From positions 1-38,864 of the forward strand of contig JBAZTV010000004.1 in the NCBI GenBank assembly GCA_041661765.1: 38,864 nt of DNA, read 5' to 3'. The DNA comes from Candidatus Shapirobacteria bacterium. Lineage in GTDB: Bacteria; Patescibacteriota; Microgenomatia; UBA12405. Below are positions 25,541-33,311 of the stretch, one piece after another (within the stretch, counting starts at the first letter, position 1; each line of letters opens with the position of its first letter). The position numbers and the translations under genes were made by a program. The notes under the pieces are model-generated. The model was not told the DNA's origin. It worked only from the letters and a program-made list of their open reading frames with translations, and searched no databases.

Positions 25541-25576
25541 TAAGTATTACTTTTACATAAATCTAAAAATAAAAGT

Positions 25577-26362
25577 ATGATACAAATAAATGAAAATGGG
25601 AAAATTGAAGGCCGCGAACTTCATAGATTAATTGAAAGCAAAACAAAACAGTATAATGTTTGGATTACTCGCGCGATAATAGACGCGGACTTAAAAGAGC
25701 CAAAAGACTTTTGTACAATTTTGTATGAAAGTACTGGAGGCCGCCCTCGCAAAGAATATGAGTTTACAATTGAAGCAGCAAAAGAAATATGTTTAATGGA
25801 GCGAAATAATCGCGGCAAAGAAATTAGGAAATGGCTTATTGAGCTTTCGCGACAAAAAGAAAATTTAGAATTAATCACAGTAAAGGAGGCTGCCTTCGCA
25901 GTTAAAGTAATTAACTGTTTAAAGTACATTGAAAATCAAAAACAGGCTTATTCTATGCACCAAGCAAAGTTTTTAAGTGATAATATTGATATTCTTAACC
26001 CAAAGTATATTTATTCTGAATTTGCAAAATATCGCACGAATATAGTCGGATGGGATAAACAAAGTATTGATTCTGCTATTGATAAGTTTTTGGCTATACA
26101 CCCTGGTTATAATAAACAGAAAATAGATAAATCAAACATGCAAACAAAGCTTTCAATTATGGATATTGGAGAGGCTATTCGAGTCGCTTGTCTTGATATA
26201 TTATTTTCAAAAGAAGAAAATGAACACCTTGCAAATAGATTTTCTATTTTATGTAAAAATTTAGCAAATGAAATGAAAATTCAAGTAGAAAAAAGAAATG
26301 AAACTAATTTATTTCATGAGAAAAAAGCCATTGAAAATATAAATAATCTAAAACTCGAATAA
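25577..26362 (+). CDS. AntA/AntB-type (PF08346-like) antirepressor domain protein
   Basis: The N-terminal GRELHRLIESKTKQYNVWITRAII...KDF....ESTGGRPRKEYEFTIEAAKEICLMERNNRGKEIRKWLIE follows the AntA pattern (eLh..L.....f..Wi......f.e..DF.....GGr...dy.lt.d.AKe..m......G...R.y.i). Confidence 0.6.
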   Translation: MIQINENGKIEGRELHRLIESKTKQYNVWITRAIIDADLKEPKDFCTILYESTGGRPRKEYEFTIEAAKEICLMERNNRGKEIRKWLIELSRQKENLELITVKEAAFAVKVINCLKYIENQKQAYSMHQAKFLSDNIDILNPKYIYSEFAKYRTNIVGWDKQSIDSAIDKFLAIHPGYNKQKIDKSNMQTKLSIMDIGEAIRVACLDILFSKEENEHLANRFSILCKNLANEMKIQVEKRNETNLFHEKKAIENINNLKLE

Positions 26363-26402
26363 TCAAAATAAATCTTTATTTAGAATCAATATAAATTAGC
26401 TA

Positions 26403-26422
26403 TTGTTATACAAATATAACAA
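26403..26422. promoter_or_regulatory. Perfect palindrome TTGTTATA-CAAA-TATAACAA
   Basis: 8-bp arms. It lies 32 bp upstream of the 26454 promoter box and shares the GTTATA word with the early promoters. Confidence 0.4.
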
Positions 26423-26453
26423 TAAAATATTTTTTTATGTCGTTTTAATGTTA

Positions 26454-26461
26454 TATCTTTG
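26454..26461 (+). promoter_or_regulatory. TATCTTTG -7 box within the direct repeat GTTATATC-N3-GTTATATC
   Basis: Matches TAnnTTTG, 51 nt upstream of ATG 26513. Confidence 0.45.
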
Positions 26462-26512
26462 TTATATCAAAATGAGATAATAAATTAATTTACTAACTTA
26501 AAAATTTGCAAA

Positions 26513-26743
26513 ATGAAAACTTACAAAATTACAAAAAAACGTGACGGTCAAGAATCTAAAGTAGTTCATGAAATCTATACGTCAAACTGGCAAGCTGCTA
26601 GAAAAGAGTTCCGATCAATGATGCTTTCTAATTGTGATTACGAAGATGAAAGCTGTTTTGAAGGCTTTCAGAATAATCAAAAAACCATTTTTAGAGATGA
26701 TGTCTATACATATCAACTTCATTCATCAACTTGGTCAAAATAA
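26513..26743 (+). CDS. hypothetical early protein (76 aa)
   Basis: ORF with an ATG start downstream of the promoter box. Confidence 0.65.
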   Translation: MKTYKITKKRDGQESKVVHEIYTSNWQAARKEFRSMMLSNCDYEDESCFEGFQNNQKTIFRDDVYTYQLHSSTWSK

Positions 26744-26776
26744 CCCTGCAAGTTTCTGCAAATTCTTGCAGACTTT

Positions 26777-26821
26777 AGCCCCGCTATCTTAACACGAAGC
26801 GGGGTTTCTGGGTGAAATCAA
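26777..26821 (+). promoter_or_regulatory. Conserved hairpin element, copy 1 (stem / 14-nt loop TATCTTAACACGAA / U-tract / GGGTGAAATCAA)
   Basis: AGCCCCGC ... GCGGGGTT stem. It is near-identical to 29266-29310 with one compensatory base-pair swap. Confidence 0.6.
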
Positions 26822-26835
26822 TTAAACTTTATAAA

Positions 26836-26934
26836 ATGAACGCAAAAGAGAAAATAAAAACCTTTATACACTTGTGTATAATGGTTATGGCAATTATTGC
26901 AATATCAATAGGTTTATCAACATTTTTAAACTAA
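26836..26934 (+). CDS. small membrane protein (32 aa; 40 aa if the conserved in-frame GTG 26812 is used)
   Basis: MNAKEKIKTFIHLCIMVMAIIAISIGLSTFLN; one TM segment; below the track cutoff. Confidence 0.45.
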   Translation: MNAKEKIKTFIHLCIMVMAIIAISIGLSTFLN

Positions 26935-26940
26935 AAAATT

Positions 26941-27072
26941 ATGCATATAGAAAATCAAGAATTCAAAGAAACCCGTTCAGAAACGGGGCAGTTTGTTATC
27001 AAATGCTTAGGCATACTTGTTATAGGTGTGATAGTGATCACCTTGGTATTATTAAGTTTTAATATACTTTAA
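26941..27072 (+). CDS. small membrane protein (43 aa)
   Basis: MHIENQEFKETRSETGQFVIKCLGILVIGVIVITLVLLSFNIL; one TM segment. It starts 6 nt after the previous stop. Confidence 0.45.
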   Translation: MHIENQEFKETRSETGQFVIKCLGILVIGVIVITLVLLSFNIL

Positions 27073-27083
27073 AAACAGAAATT

Positions 27084-27251
27084 ATGAAAGCACTTAGAAT
27101 TTTAATGTGGCTGTTGTTAACAGTTGTTTTTGCGGTATGCACCTATGAGGTTGAAGATAGGTTTTATTCCGATCTTTTCGGTCTATTGGCTGTTGTTTTT
27201 GGAGCTTTGACCGTTTTTGACATGTTTAATTTACTTTTAGAAAAAGATTAA
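27084..27251 (+). CDS. small membrane protein (55 aa, two hydrophobic segments)
   Basis: MKALRILMWLLLTVVFAVCTYEVEDRFYSDLFGLLAVVFGALTVFDMFNLLLEKD. Its stop lies 2 nt before ATG 27254. Confidence 0.5.
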   Translation: MKALRILMWLLLTVVFAVCTYEVEDRFYSDLFGLLAVVFGALTVFDMFNLLLEKD

Positions 27252-27253
27252 AA

Positions 27254-27562
27254 ATGGGACGGAATAAGCGTACTAAAATGGTGGCGAAATCCACCATAGA
27301 AGAAAAAATAAAAGAAGTACAAAACTATTTCGTAAATAAGATTATGGCGGGTGAATTTGAGATCATATTTAAAGATTCAAGATTTTTTGTGACCATTATC
27401 GTAGATTCAAAATATCGGTTTATGATTTGGACAGCAAACAGCTATGATCCAAGCTCTTATCTTCATCCTTACGATGGTATAGGAAAGTACTTTATGCAGC
27501 TTGAATTTTCAGACGATCAAGCAGCAAGTTTAAAAGAAATAATTAAAACAAAACTCAGTTAA
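27254..27562 (+). CDS. hypothetical early protein (102 aa)
   Basis: ORF tightly packed against the ATPase gene. Confidence 0.7.
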   Translation: MGRNKRTKMVAKSTIEEKIKEVQNYFVNKIMAGEFEIIFKDSRFFVTIIVDSKYRFMIWTANSYDPSSYLHPYDGIGKYFMQLEFSDDQAASLKEIIKTKLS

Positions 27563-27563
27563 A

Positions 27564-29126
27564 ATGGAAAATGTAAAAATTAAAAAAGTAGACATCACAA
27601 ACCTAAAGGCAGTGAGCAGTTTCACCGCATTTTTTGATGGTAAAAGCGCACATGTGACGGGCGCAAATGGTATCGGAAAATCAACTGTTATCAGAACTTT
27701 GACAGACCGATTAAGGGGTTTGAAGCCTTCAGTTGTTACCAAAATTGGCGAAAAAGAAGGTAAAACAGTAATGGAATTAACAGATGGGTGCAGGTTTGAA
27801 TGGTCTTACAATGACCAAGGTAAAGATGAACTGAATTATTTTACACCTGCCAGTCTAAAACCCGTAAGAAGAGAAGTATTTAAGCATATTTGCGGTCAAT
27901 ATTTCCCAAATCAATTTGATATCAATAAATTTTTAACCACAACGGAGCCGGCTAAACGGCTAAAAATGATTTCAGAATTAATCAATATTGATTTGACTGA
28001 AATTCAAGCCAGGTATAAAGAAGCTTTCGAGGCTCGCAGAGATGCCAAAAGGGATTTGAAAATACTGGAAGCTCAAATTAAGCCAAAACCTGAATTGCCA
28101 ATTGTCGAAAATTCTGATAATCTTGAAGCTGAACAAAATCAAATTGAAGATTTAAAGACTAAAATTTCCGAAAAGAAAACCGAAATCGAACAGGAAAGAA
28201 GCTATTTAAATGAACTTTATCTTAAAAATAAAGCTACAAATGACAGACTTCAAAAAGAACACAATGACTCTTATCAAAAAGAGCTTGATTCCTGGTTAAA
28301 ATCTGAACAGGAAATTGAAAAAGAAATACTTAATTTTAATTCGATTCAAGCATATAAAGAAGCGCATATAACTGAAATTGATAAATGTTATAAAGAATTA
28401 TTTAATGATTATAATAATTCAGATTTAAGTAGATTTATTGATTTTGATGGAATATTAAAATATGGATCATCGCTTGAAAAACCCGAGCCATTTAAAGAGT
28501 ATATCCAAACTCCAAAACCAGAGCCAAAACCATTAGATTTAGTTGATCCAATGCCGGCAAGCGACAATCTGGAAACATTAAAAGCTGAATTAAATGAAAT
28601 GGAATTGGCTTTGGATTTGCTTTCTGAAAACCTCGAAGAAAAAAGGGCAAAAATAAACGATTTAAACGCCTCAAAAACCGTTTACGATATTCAGCTTAAA
28701 CAATGGAATAATTTTCAAATACAGGTAGAAAATCAGGCTAATTTAGTACAAGATTTAGAGGATGATGTTGCACTAATTTTGTCAGAAATAAAAACTATCA
28801 TTGCCGGGACAAAATTACCTTCTGAATTTTCTATTGATTTGACGGATAAAAATGATATTTTGTTTAAGCCTTCAGTTGACTCAGAATATTTGCCTATCAC
28901 AGTTGAAACGCTTGCCAGTTCTGCAATTTTCATTGCAGCGTTCAAATTACAGGCTAATTATTTAGAAGCTTTTAGGGTTGCACATTTTGACGTATCATAT
29001 TTAGATTACGAAAACAGACAAGCTGTTTTAAAAGAGGCTATTAATATGAATATTCAGCTTATTACCGAAAGCCCGGCAATGGATGAAAATTCTATGGAAC
29101 TTCAATACAAATTAACAGAGTCATGA
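27564..29126 (+). CDS. SMC/RecF/SbcC-like coiled-coil ATPase (520 aa)
   Basis: The N-terminal beta-strand region plus Walker A (VTGANGIGKST) is typical of the SMC_N/AAA_23 head. A long central coiled coil follows. The C-terminal LASSAIF...VAHFDVSYLD sits where the signature and Walker B motifs are expected. Confidence 0.55.
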   Translation: MENVKIKKVDITNLKAVSSFTAFFDGKSAHVTGANGIGKSTVIRTLTDRLRGLKPSVVTKIGEKEGKTVMELTDGCRFEWSYNDQGKDELNYFTPASLKPVRREVFKHICGQYFPNQFDINKFLTTTEPAKRLKMISELINIDLTEIQARYKEAFEARRDAKRDLKILEAQIKPKPELPIVENSDNLEAEQNQIEDLKTKISEKKTEIEQERSYLNELYLKNKATNDRLQKEHNDSYQKELDSWLKSEQEIEKEILNFNSIQAYKEAHITEIDKCYKELFNDYNNSDLSRFIDFDGILKYGSSLEKPEPFKEYIQTPKPEPKPLDLVDPMPASDNLETLKAELNEMELALDLLSENLEEKRAKINDLNASKTVYDIQLKQWNNFQIQVENQANLVQDLEDDVALILSEIKTIIAGTKLPSEFSIDLTDKNDILFKPSVDSEYLPITVETLASSAIFIAAFKLQANYLEAFRVAHFDVSYLDYENRQAVLKEAINMNIQLITESPAMDENSMELQYKLTES

Positions 29127-29224
29127 AAATGACTATTCGTATTGAAAAGTTAGTACAAATAGCAATTAAAATGAATATGCCAAAATATCCTAAAAATTAA
29201 ATTTTTTTATTAAAAATAATGTTA

Positions 29225-29232
29225 TATATTTG
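29225..29232 (+). promoter_or_regulatory. TATATTTG -7 box inside the extended early-promoter motif GTTATATATTTGCAACAAT
   Basis: Matches TAnnTTTG. The extended motif is shared with 31654-31672 and 38340-38358. Confidence 0.55.
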
Positions 29233-29265
29233 CAACAATGAGTTAAGTTAATGACTCCCTAATTT

Positions 29266-29310
29266 TCGCCCGCTATCTTAACACGAAGCGGGCTTTTTGG
29301 GTGAAATCAA
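29266..29310 (+). promoter_or_regulatory. Conserved hairpin element, copy 2
   Basis: TCGCCCGC ... GCGGGCTT stem with the identical 14-nt loop and identical GGGTGAAATCAA tail. It lies between the promoter box and the start codon. Confidence 0.6.
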
Positions 29311-29321
29311 AAAGTAAAAGT

Positions 29322-29948
29322 ATGAAAAATGTAAAACCTATATTATTTTCAACTCCAATGGTTCAGGCTATTTTGGCAGGTAACAAAACTCAGACAAGAA
29401 GAATAATTCCTGAAAATATTGTCGATGAATATTATTCATATGATGATTGGTGTACTTCTGTAATGCCTAAAGACATTAATTGTTCCAGAATGTTTGAAAA
29501 AGAATTTTTTATGAATAAATGTAAATATTCAGTTGGGGACATTCTTTGGGTTCGTGAAACATTTATACCCACACTTGCATATGGCACTGTATATAGTTAT
29601 ATTTATAAAGCAACAAATGATTTAGACTGTTTTAGAGGGCGATGGAAACCTTCAATCTTTATGCCCAAAGAAGCGTGCCGTATATTTTTAAAACTTACCA
29701 ATATCAGAGTTGAAAGGCTTAATGATATTAGCGAAAATGATTCTTTAATGGAAGGGATACAAGCTTTCACTAAACATAATGGCCTATTTAAACACGGGTT
29801 AGATGGTTGGGAATGGCAATCAATGCCAAAGTATGCCAAAGAGGCTTATAAAATGCTTTGGGAAAAAATAAACGGCAAAGGAAGCTGGGATTTAAACCCT
29901 TACGTTTGGGTATATGATTTTGAAAGAGATTATGAATTTCATTTTTAA
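29322..29948 (+). CDS. ASCH/PUA-like domain protein (208 aa from ATG 29322; 215 aa if GTG 29301 is used)
   Basis: PILFSTPMVQAILAGNKTQTRRI ... GDILWVRETF is the hallmark N-terminus of phage ASCH-like proteins as I recall them. Confidence 0.45.
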   Translation: MKNVKPILFSTPMVQAILAGNKTQTRRIIPENIVDEYYSYDDWCTSVMPKDINCSRMFEKEFFMNKCKYSVGDILWVRETFIPTLAYGTVYSYIYKATNDLDCFRGRWKPSIFMPKEACRIFLKLTNIRVERLNDISENDSLMEGIQAFTKHNGLFKHGLDGWEWQSMPKYAKEAYKMLWEKINGKGSWDLNPYVWVYDFERDYEFHF

Positions 29949-29961
29949 AAATTAAAAGTAC

Positions 29962-30873
29962 ATGGAAATAAAATTAATCGAAAATCTATCCAATGAAGAA
30001 TACCACAATGGTAAAGAGTATAAGGATTATTGGAGTAGTTCAAACATTAAAGAGTACCTTAATAGTCCACGTGAAGCATACTATCAAAAGTTTGTTGCAG
30101 AACATGAAAGTAAGGACGCTTTTATGTTTGGCTCGCAACTTCATGATTATATGGCAAGTAAACACATAAAAGGTCAACCATTTACATGGAATGTTTTTGA
30201 ACCTCCTAAAAACAATAAGGGCGAATATTTTGGCAAAACATCACAAGCATATAAAGATGCCTTAAAATCAGTGAATAATGGAATACATCCCAAAGATCTT
30301 GAAATAATAAAAGACATTTGGTCAATGATATTAGAATCACAATATGCATGGTATTTCCAAAAAGAAATATTAAAAAAAGGGACTGTTGAAGAATCAATAT
30401 TTATTAATGGAATACATAAGTATAAGATTAGAAAAGATGTTGATACTGGTAATGAGATTCTTGATTATAAAACAATTAAGAAGGAGGACTTTTATCATTA
30501 TCGTAATAACGTGATAACATCACAAAAATACGATATAAGTGCAGCAATGTACCAATATTTTGAGCATCAAAGGACAGGAATTTGGAAGCCTTTTAAAATA
30601 ATCTGGATAATGAAAGATCCGCCATACGACATCTTAATCCAGGATATTTCTTGTTATTGTTTTGAAAACATAGGAAATAATAATGTAATTCCAAACTCTG
30701 GCGCAAATGTATTTTTAAAGTTAAAAGATCAACATGAAGCTTGTCAAATGGCAAATTGTTGGCCCGGTTTAGCCAACCAATTCGATGCCTATAATGGTGT
30801 TAGGATTGATACTACTATGCCACGATTTGAACGTGGTTTTGAACAGTTTGAAATTAATATTGATAATTTTTAG
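29962..30873 (+). CDS. PD-(D/E)XK recombination exonuclease (RecE/exonuclease VIII-like, DUF3799-type)
   Basis: LSNEEYHNG...YWSSSNIKEYLNSPREAY...FGSQLHDY and D-x7-LDYKT match the PD-(D/E)XK core arrangement. It lies in the same module as recT. Confidence 0.65.
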   Translation: MEIKLIENLSNEEYHNGKEYKDYWSSSNIKEYLNSPREAYYQKFVAEHESKDAFMFGSQLHDYMASKHIKGQPFTWNVFEPPKNNKGEYFGKTSQAYKDALKSVNNGIHPKDLEIIKDIWSMILESQYAWYFQKEILKKGTVEESIFINGIHKYKIRKDVDTGNEILDYKTIKKEDFYHYRNNVITSQKYDISAAMYQYFEHQRTGIWKPFKIIWIMKDPPYDILIQDISCYCFENIGNNNVIPNSGANVFLKLKDQHEACQMANCWPGLANQFDAYNGVRIDTTMPRFERGFEQFEINIDNF

Positions 30874-30874
30874 T

Positions 30875-31627
30875 ATGCCAGAATCACACGTTTTTTGCAC
30901 TGATAACATGGAATATATGAAAACTATTCCTGATAAGTTTTTTGATTTGGCTTGTGTCGATCCTCCATTTGGAATAAATGCACCTAATATGCAGATGGGA
31001 TCTGCTCCAAAAAGAAAAGGAAATGGACAATACCCAGGTGTAAGCACTTCAGTTAAATTAAAAGGACGGTTAAATAGTGGTGGCGGACATATGAAAAATA
31101 GTTTGCTCGTTAATGATTTATGTGAATGGGATAAAGTTAAACCTACAAGTGAATATTTTAAAGAACTATTTAGGATATCCAAAAATCAAATCATCAAAGG
31201 CGGAAATTATTTTACTAATAATTTACCAGAATCAAGATGTTGGATATGTTGGGATAAATTGCAACCCTGGGAAAATTTTTCACAAATTGAAATGTTATGG
31301 ACGTCATATGATATGCCTGCTAAATTGTTTAGAATGTCAAATACTGGAGGCGCAAATCATAAACAAAAAATACATCCAACTGAAGCTCCACAAGAATTAT
31401 ATTTTTACTGCTTTAATCTGGCAAAACTAAAACCAGGTTCCAAGATTTTTGATTCTCATTTAGGCTCTGGAAATAGCCGAATAGTAGCTTATAAGATGGG
31501 ATTTGATTTTTATGGGACTGAAATAGATAAAGACTATTTTAATGACTCCTGCAAAGCATTTGACCGTGAAATAAACGGAATAATCCAAACTAAGAGTGAA
31601 ATAATTACTCAATTAAAAATGTTTTAA
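30875..31627 (+). CDS. DNA amino-methyltransferase (N6-A or N4-C), beta-class motif order
   Basis: From ATG 30875: the catalytic motif DPPFG is N-terminal, followed by HPTEAPQEL, and the AdoMet motif FDSHLGSGNS is C-terminal. No cognate restriction enzyme is nearby. Confidence 0.8.
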   Translation: MPESHVFCTDNMEYMKTIPDKFFDLACVDPPFGINAPNMQMGSAPKRKGNGQYPGVSTSVKLKGRLNSGGGHMKNSLLVNDLCEWDKVKPTSEYFKELFRISKNQIIKGGNYFTNNLPESRCWICWDKLQPWENFSQIEMLWTSYDMPAKLFRMSNTGGANHKQKIHPTEAPQELYFYCFNLAKLKPGSKIFDSHLGSGNSRIVAYKMGFDFYGTEIDKDYFNDSCKAFDREINGIIQTKSEIITQLKMF

Positions 31628-31629
31628 AA

Positions 31630-31637
31630 TAAATTTG
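31630..31637 (+). promoter_or_regulatory. TAAATTTG -7 box (upstream of two tandem boxes)
   Basis: Matches TAnnTTTG. Confidence 0.4.
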
Positions 31638-31657
31638 CATATAACAATTTAAAGTTA

Positions 31658-31665
31658 TAAATTTG
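31658..31665 (+). promoter_or_regulatory. TAAATTTG -7 box inside the extended motif GTTATAAATTTGTAACAAT
   Basis: Matches TAnnTTTG, 22 nt upstream of ATG 31688. Confidence 0.55.
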
Positions 31666-31687
31666 TAACAATAAAATCGAAAAAGAT

Positions 31688-32758
31688 ATGAGCAACTTAA
31701 AAAAGGCTTTTACCCAGGACTTAGCCAAAAAAGAAATTCCTGAAATAGTGGCACTGGTCAAACAGGTGTATGAAAAGAATAATTTATCTGCCGAATTGGA
31801 ACTTCAATTCATTCAATTGAAAATTAATTCAAGTCCTGAATTAATAAGGGCTGCAAAGGCAAATCCTGAAAGCTTGTATAATTCAATTTTGCAAGCTGCT
31901 GAAAGTGGCTTAAGCCTTAATCCCCAATGGCAGGAGGGATATTTCGTGCCTTACAACATGAAAATTGATGGCAAAGATATTCCAACAGTTACTTTTAGCC
32001 CGATGTATAGAGGCAAAAAGAAACTTCTTATCGTAAAAGGAATTGTAAAAAATATTGAGACTCAGCTCGTATATGAAGGTGAATGGTTCGAGGAAAATAT
32101 AGTCAATGGTGTTCATCAAATTAGTCATAAACCAAATTCATTCAGGCGTCAAGATAATTCCAAAATTATTGGAGGTTATGCCATTGTAACGCTAAATAAT
32201 GATGAAAAGCAGTACATCGTAAAAGGCCGGGATTATTTCGATCGTTGCATGAAAGCATCCCAGCAAAAAATGGGAGGCAAAACAAGCCCTGCATGGTCTC
32301 AATGGTTTGACCAAATGTGTGAAAAATGCCTTGTCAATGCAGCCGATTCAAAGATTCCTAAAATTGGAGTTAACGAAGAAACCACCAAGCTTCTGAATGA
32401 CATTAATACAAACGATATCGATTATACTGATGTTACAGATGAGAATATTCAGAAAATTGAGCCCGTTAAAAATTCGATTTCAGACGTGGAATTTTCCCAA
32501 TTGATTAGCGACCTATACGATTATAATATTTCACTGGCAGAGGCAAGAAAAAACCCCAAGAAATTTATTTTAACGGATGAACAGAAAAAGGAAATAATTA
32601 AAGCCGGGACAATTGATGAAAAAAGAATCGATGAAATAATCAAATTGGTCATTGATGACAAATTTAAACTTGGTTATTTTGAATTTTTCCTCAATCCTGA
32701 GCAATTTGAACAGGTTAAGAATGCTGTGATTGATAGCGAATTAAACAAACAAAAGTAA
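31688..32758 (+). CDS. recT: RecT-family single-strand annealing protein with a long C-terminal extension
   Basis: SILQAAESGLSLNPQWQEGYFVPY... matches the RecT core block (GL.p...eaylvPy). It is adjacent to the exonuclease. Confidence 0.7.
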   Translation: MSNLKKAFTQDLAKKEIPEIVALVKQVYEKNNLSAELELQFIQLKINSSPELIRAAKANPESLYNSILQAAESGLSLNPQWQEGYFVPYNMKIDGKDIPTVTFSPMYRGKKKLLIVKGIVKNIETQLVYEGEWFEENIVNGVHQISHKPNSFRRQDNSKIIGGYAIVTLNNDEKQYIVKGRDYFDRCMKASQQKMGGKTSPAWSQWFDQMCEKCLVNAADSKIPKIGVNEETTKLLNDINTNDIDYTDVTDENIQKIEPVKNSISDVEFSQLISDLYDYNISLAEARKNPKKFILTDEQKKEIIKAGTIDEKRIDEIIKLVIDDKFKLGYFEFFLNPEQFEQVKNAVIDSELNKQK

Positions 32759-32759
32759 T

Positions 32760-33311
32760 ATGGAAATATTAATTATAGATATTGAAACAACAGGCTTTCT
32801 AAACGGTGGTGGGTTAATAGTTGAAATTGGAGCCGCTTCATTAAATCTTGAAACTGGTGAAATAAAAGAGGTTTATAATTCATTATGCCTTGAGGATAAT
32901 TTAAAAATTAATTCAGAAAAATATAAAAATTCTTGGATTTTTAGTAATTCTGACTTAAAATTTGAAGATGTGCTAAATGCCAGGTCCTTTGAAACTATAA
33001 AATCAGAAATTCAGCAAATAATAAACAAGTTTGAAGGTGGATGCACAGCGTTTAATAATGCTTTTGATTTTGGATTCCTTGAAAATCGTGGAATTAAATT
33101 TCCTAAAAAACTTGCATGTCCTATGAAATTAGCAACAAATTTATGCAAATTACCTAGTAAATATGGTTATAAATGGCCTAACGTTGAGGAAGCTTTTAAT
33201 TATTTTTATCCAGAAATTAAATATATTGAAAAGCATAGAGGCGCTGATGATTCTAAGCATGAAGCAATGATTGTTTACGAATTATATAAACGTAAAATAT
33301 TTAATATATGA
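32760..33311 (+). CDS. DEDD-family (DnaQ-like) 3'-5' exonuclease
   Basis: ExoI IIDIETTG, ExoII FNNAFDFGFL, ExoIII HRGADDSKHEA. Confidence 0.8.
   Translation: MEILIIDIETTGFLNGGGLIVEIGAASLNLETGEIKEVYNSLCLEDNLKINSEKYKNSWIFSNSDLKFEDVLNARSFETIKSEIQQIINKFEGGCTAFNNAFDFGFLENRGIKFPKKLACPMKLATNLCKLPSKYGYKWPNVEEAFNYFYPEIKYIEKHRGADDSKHEAMIVYELYKRKIFNI

Noticed and set aside
26874-27062. Track ORF of 62 aa (MYNGYGNYCNINRF...)
   Set aside because: It has a non-ATG start and an odd Cys/Arg/Asn/Tyr-rich composition. It also cuts across three tightly spaced ATG-initiated membrane ORFs in other frames that fill the region exactly.
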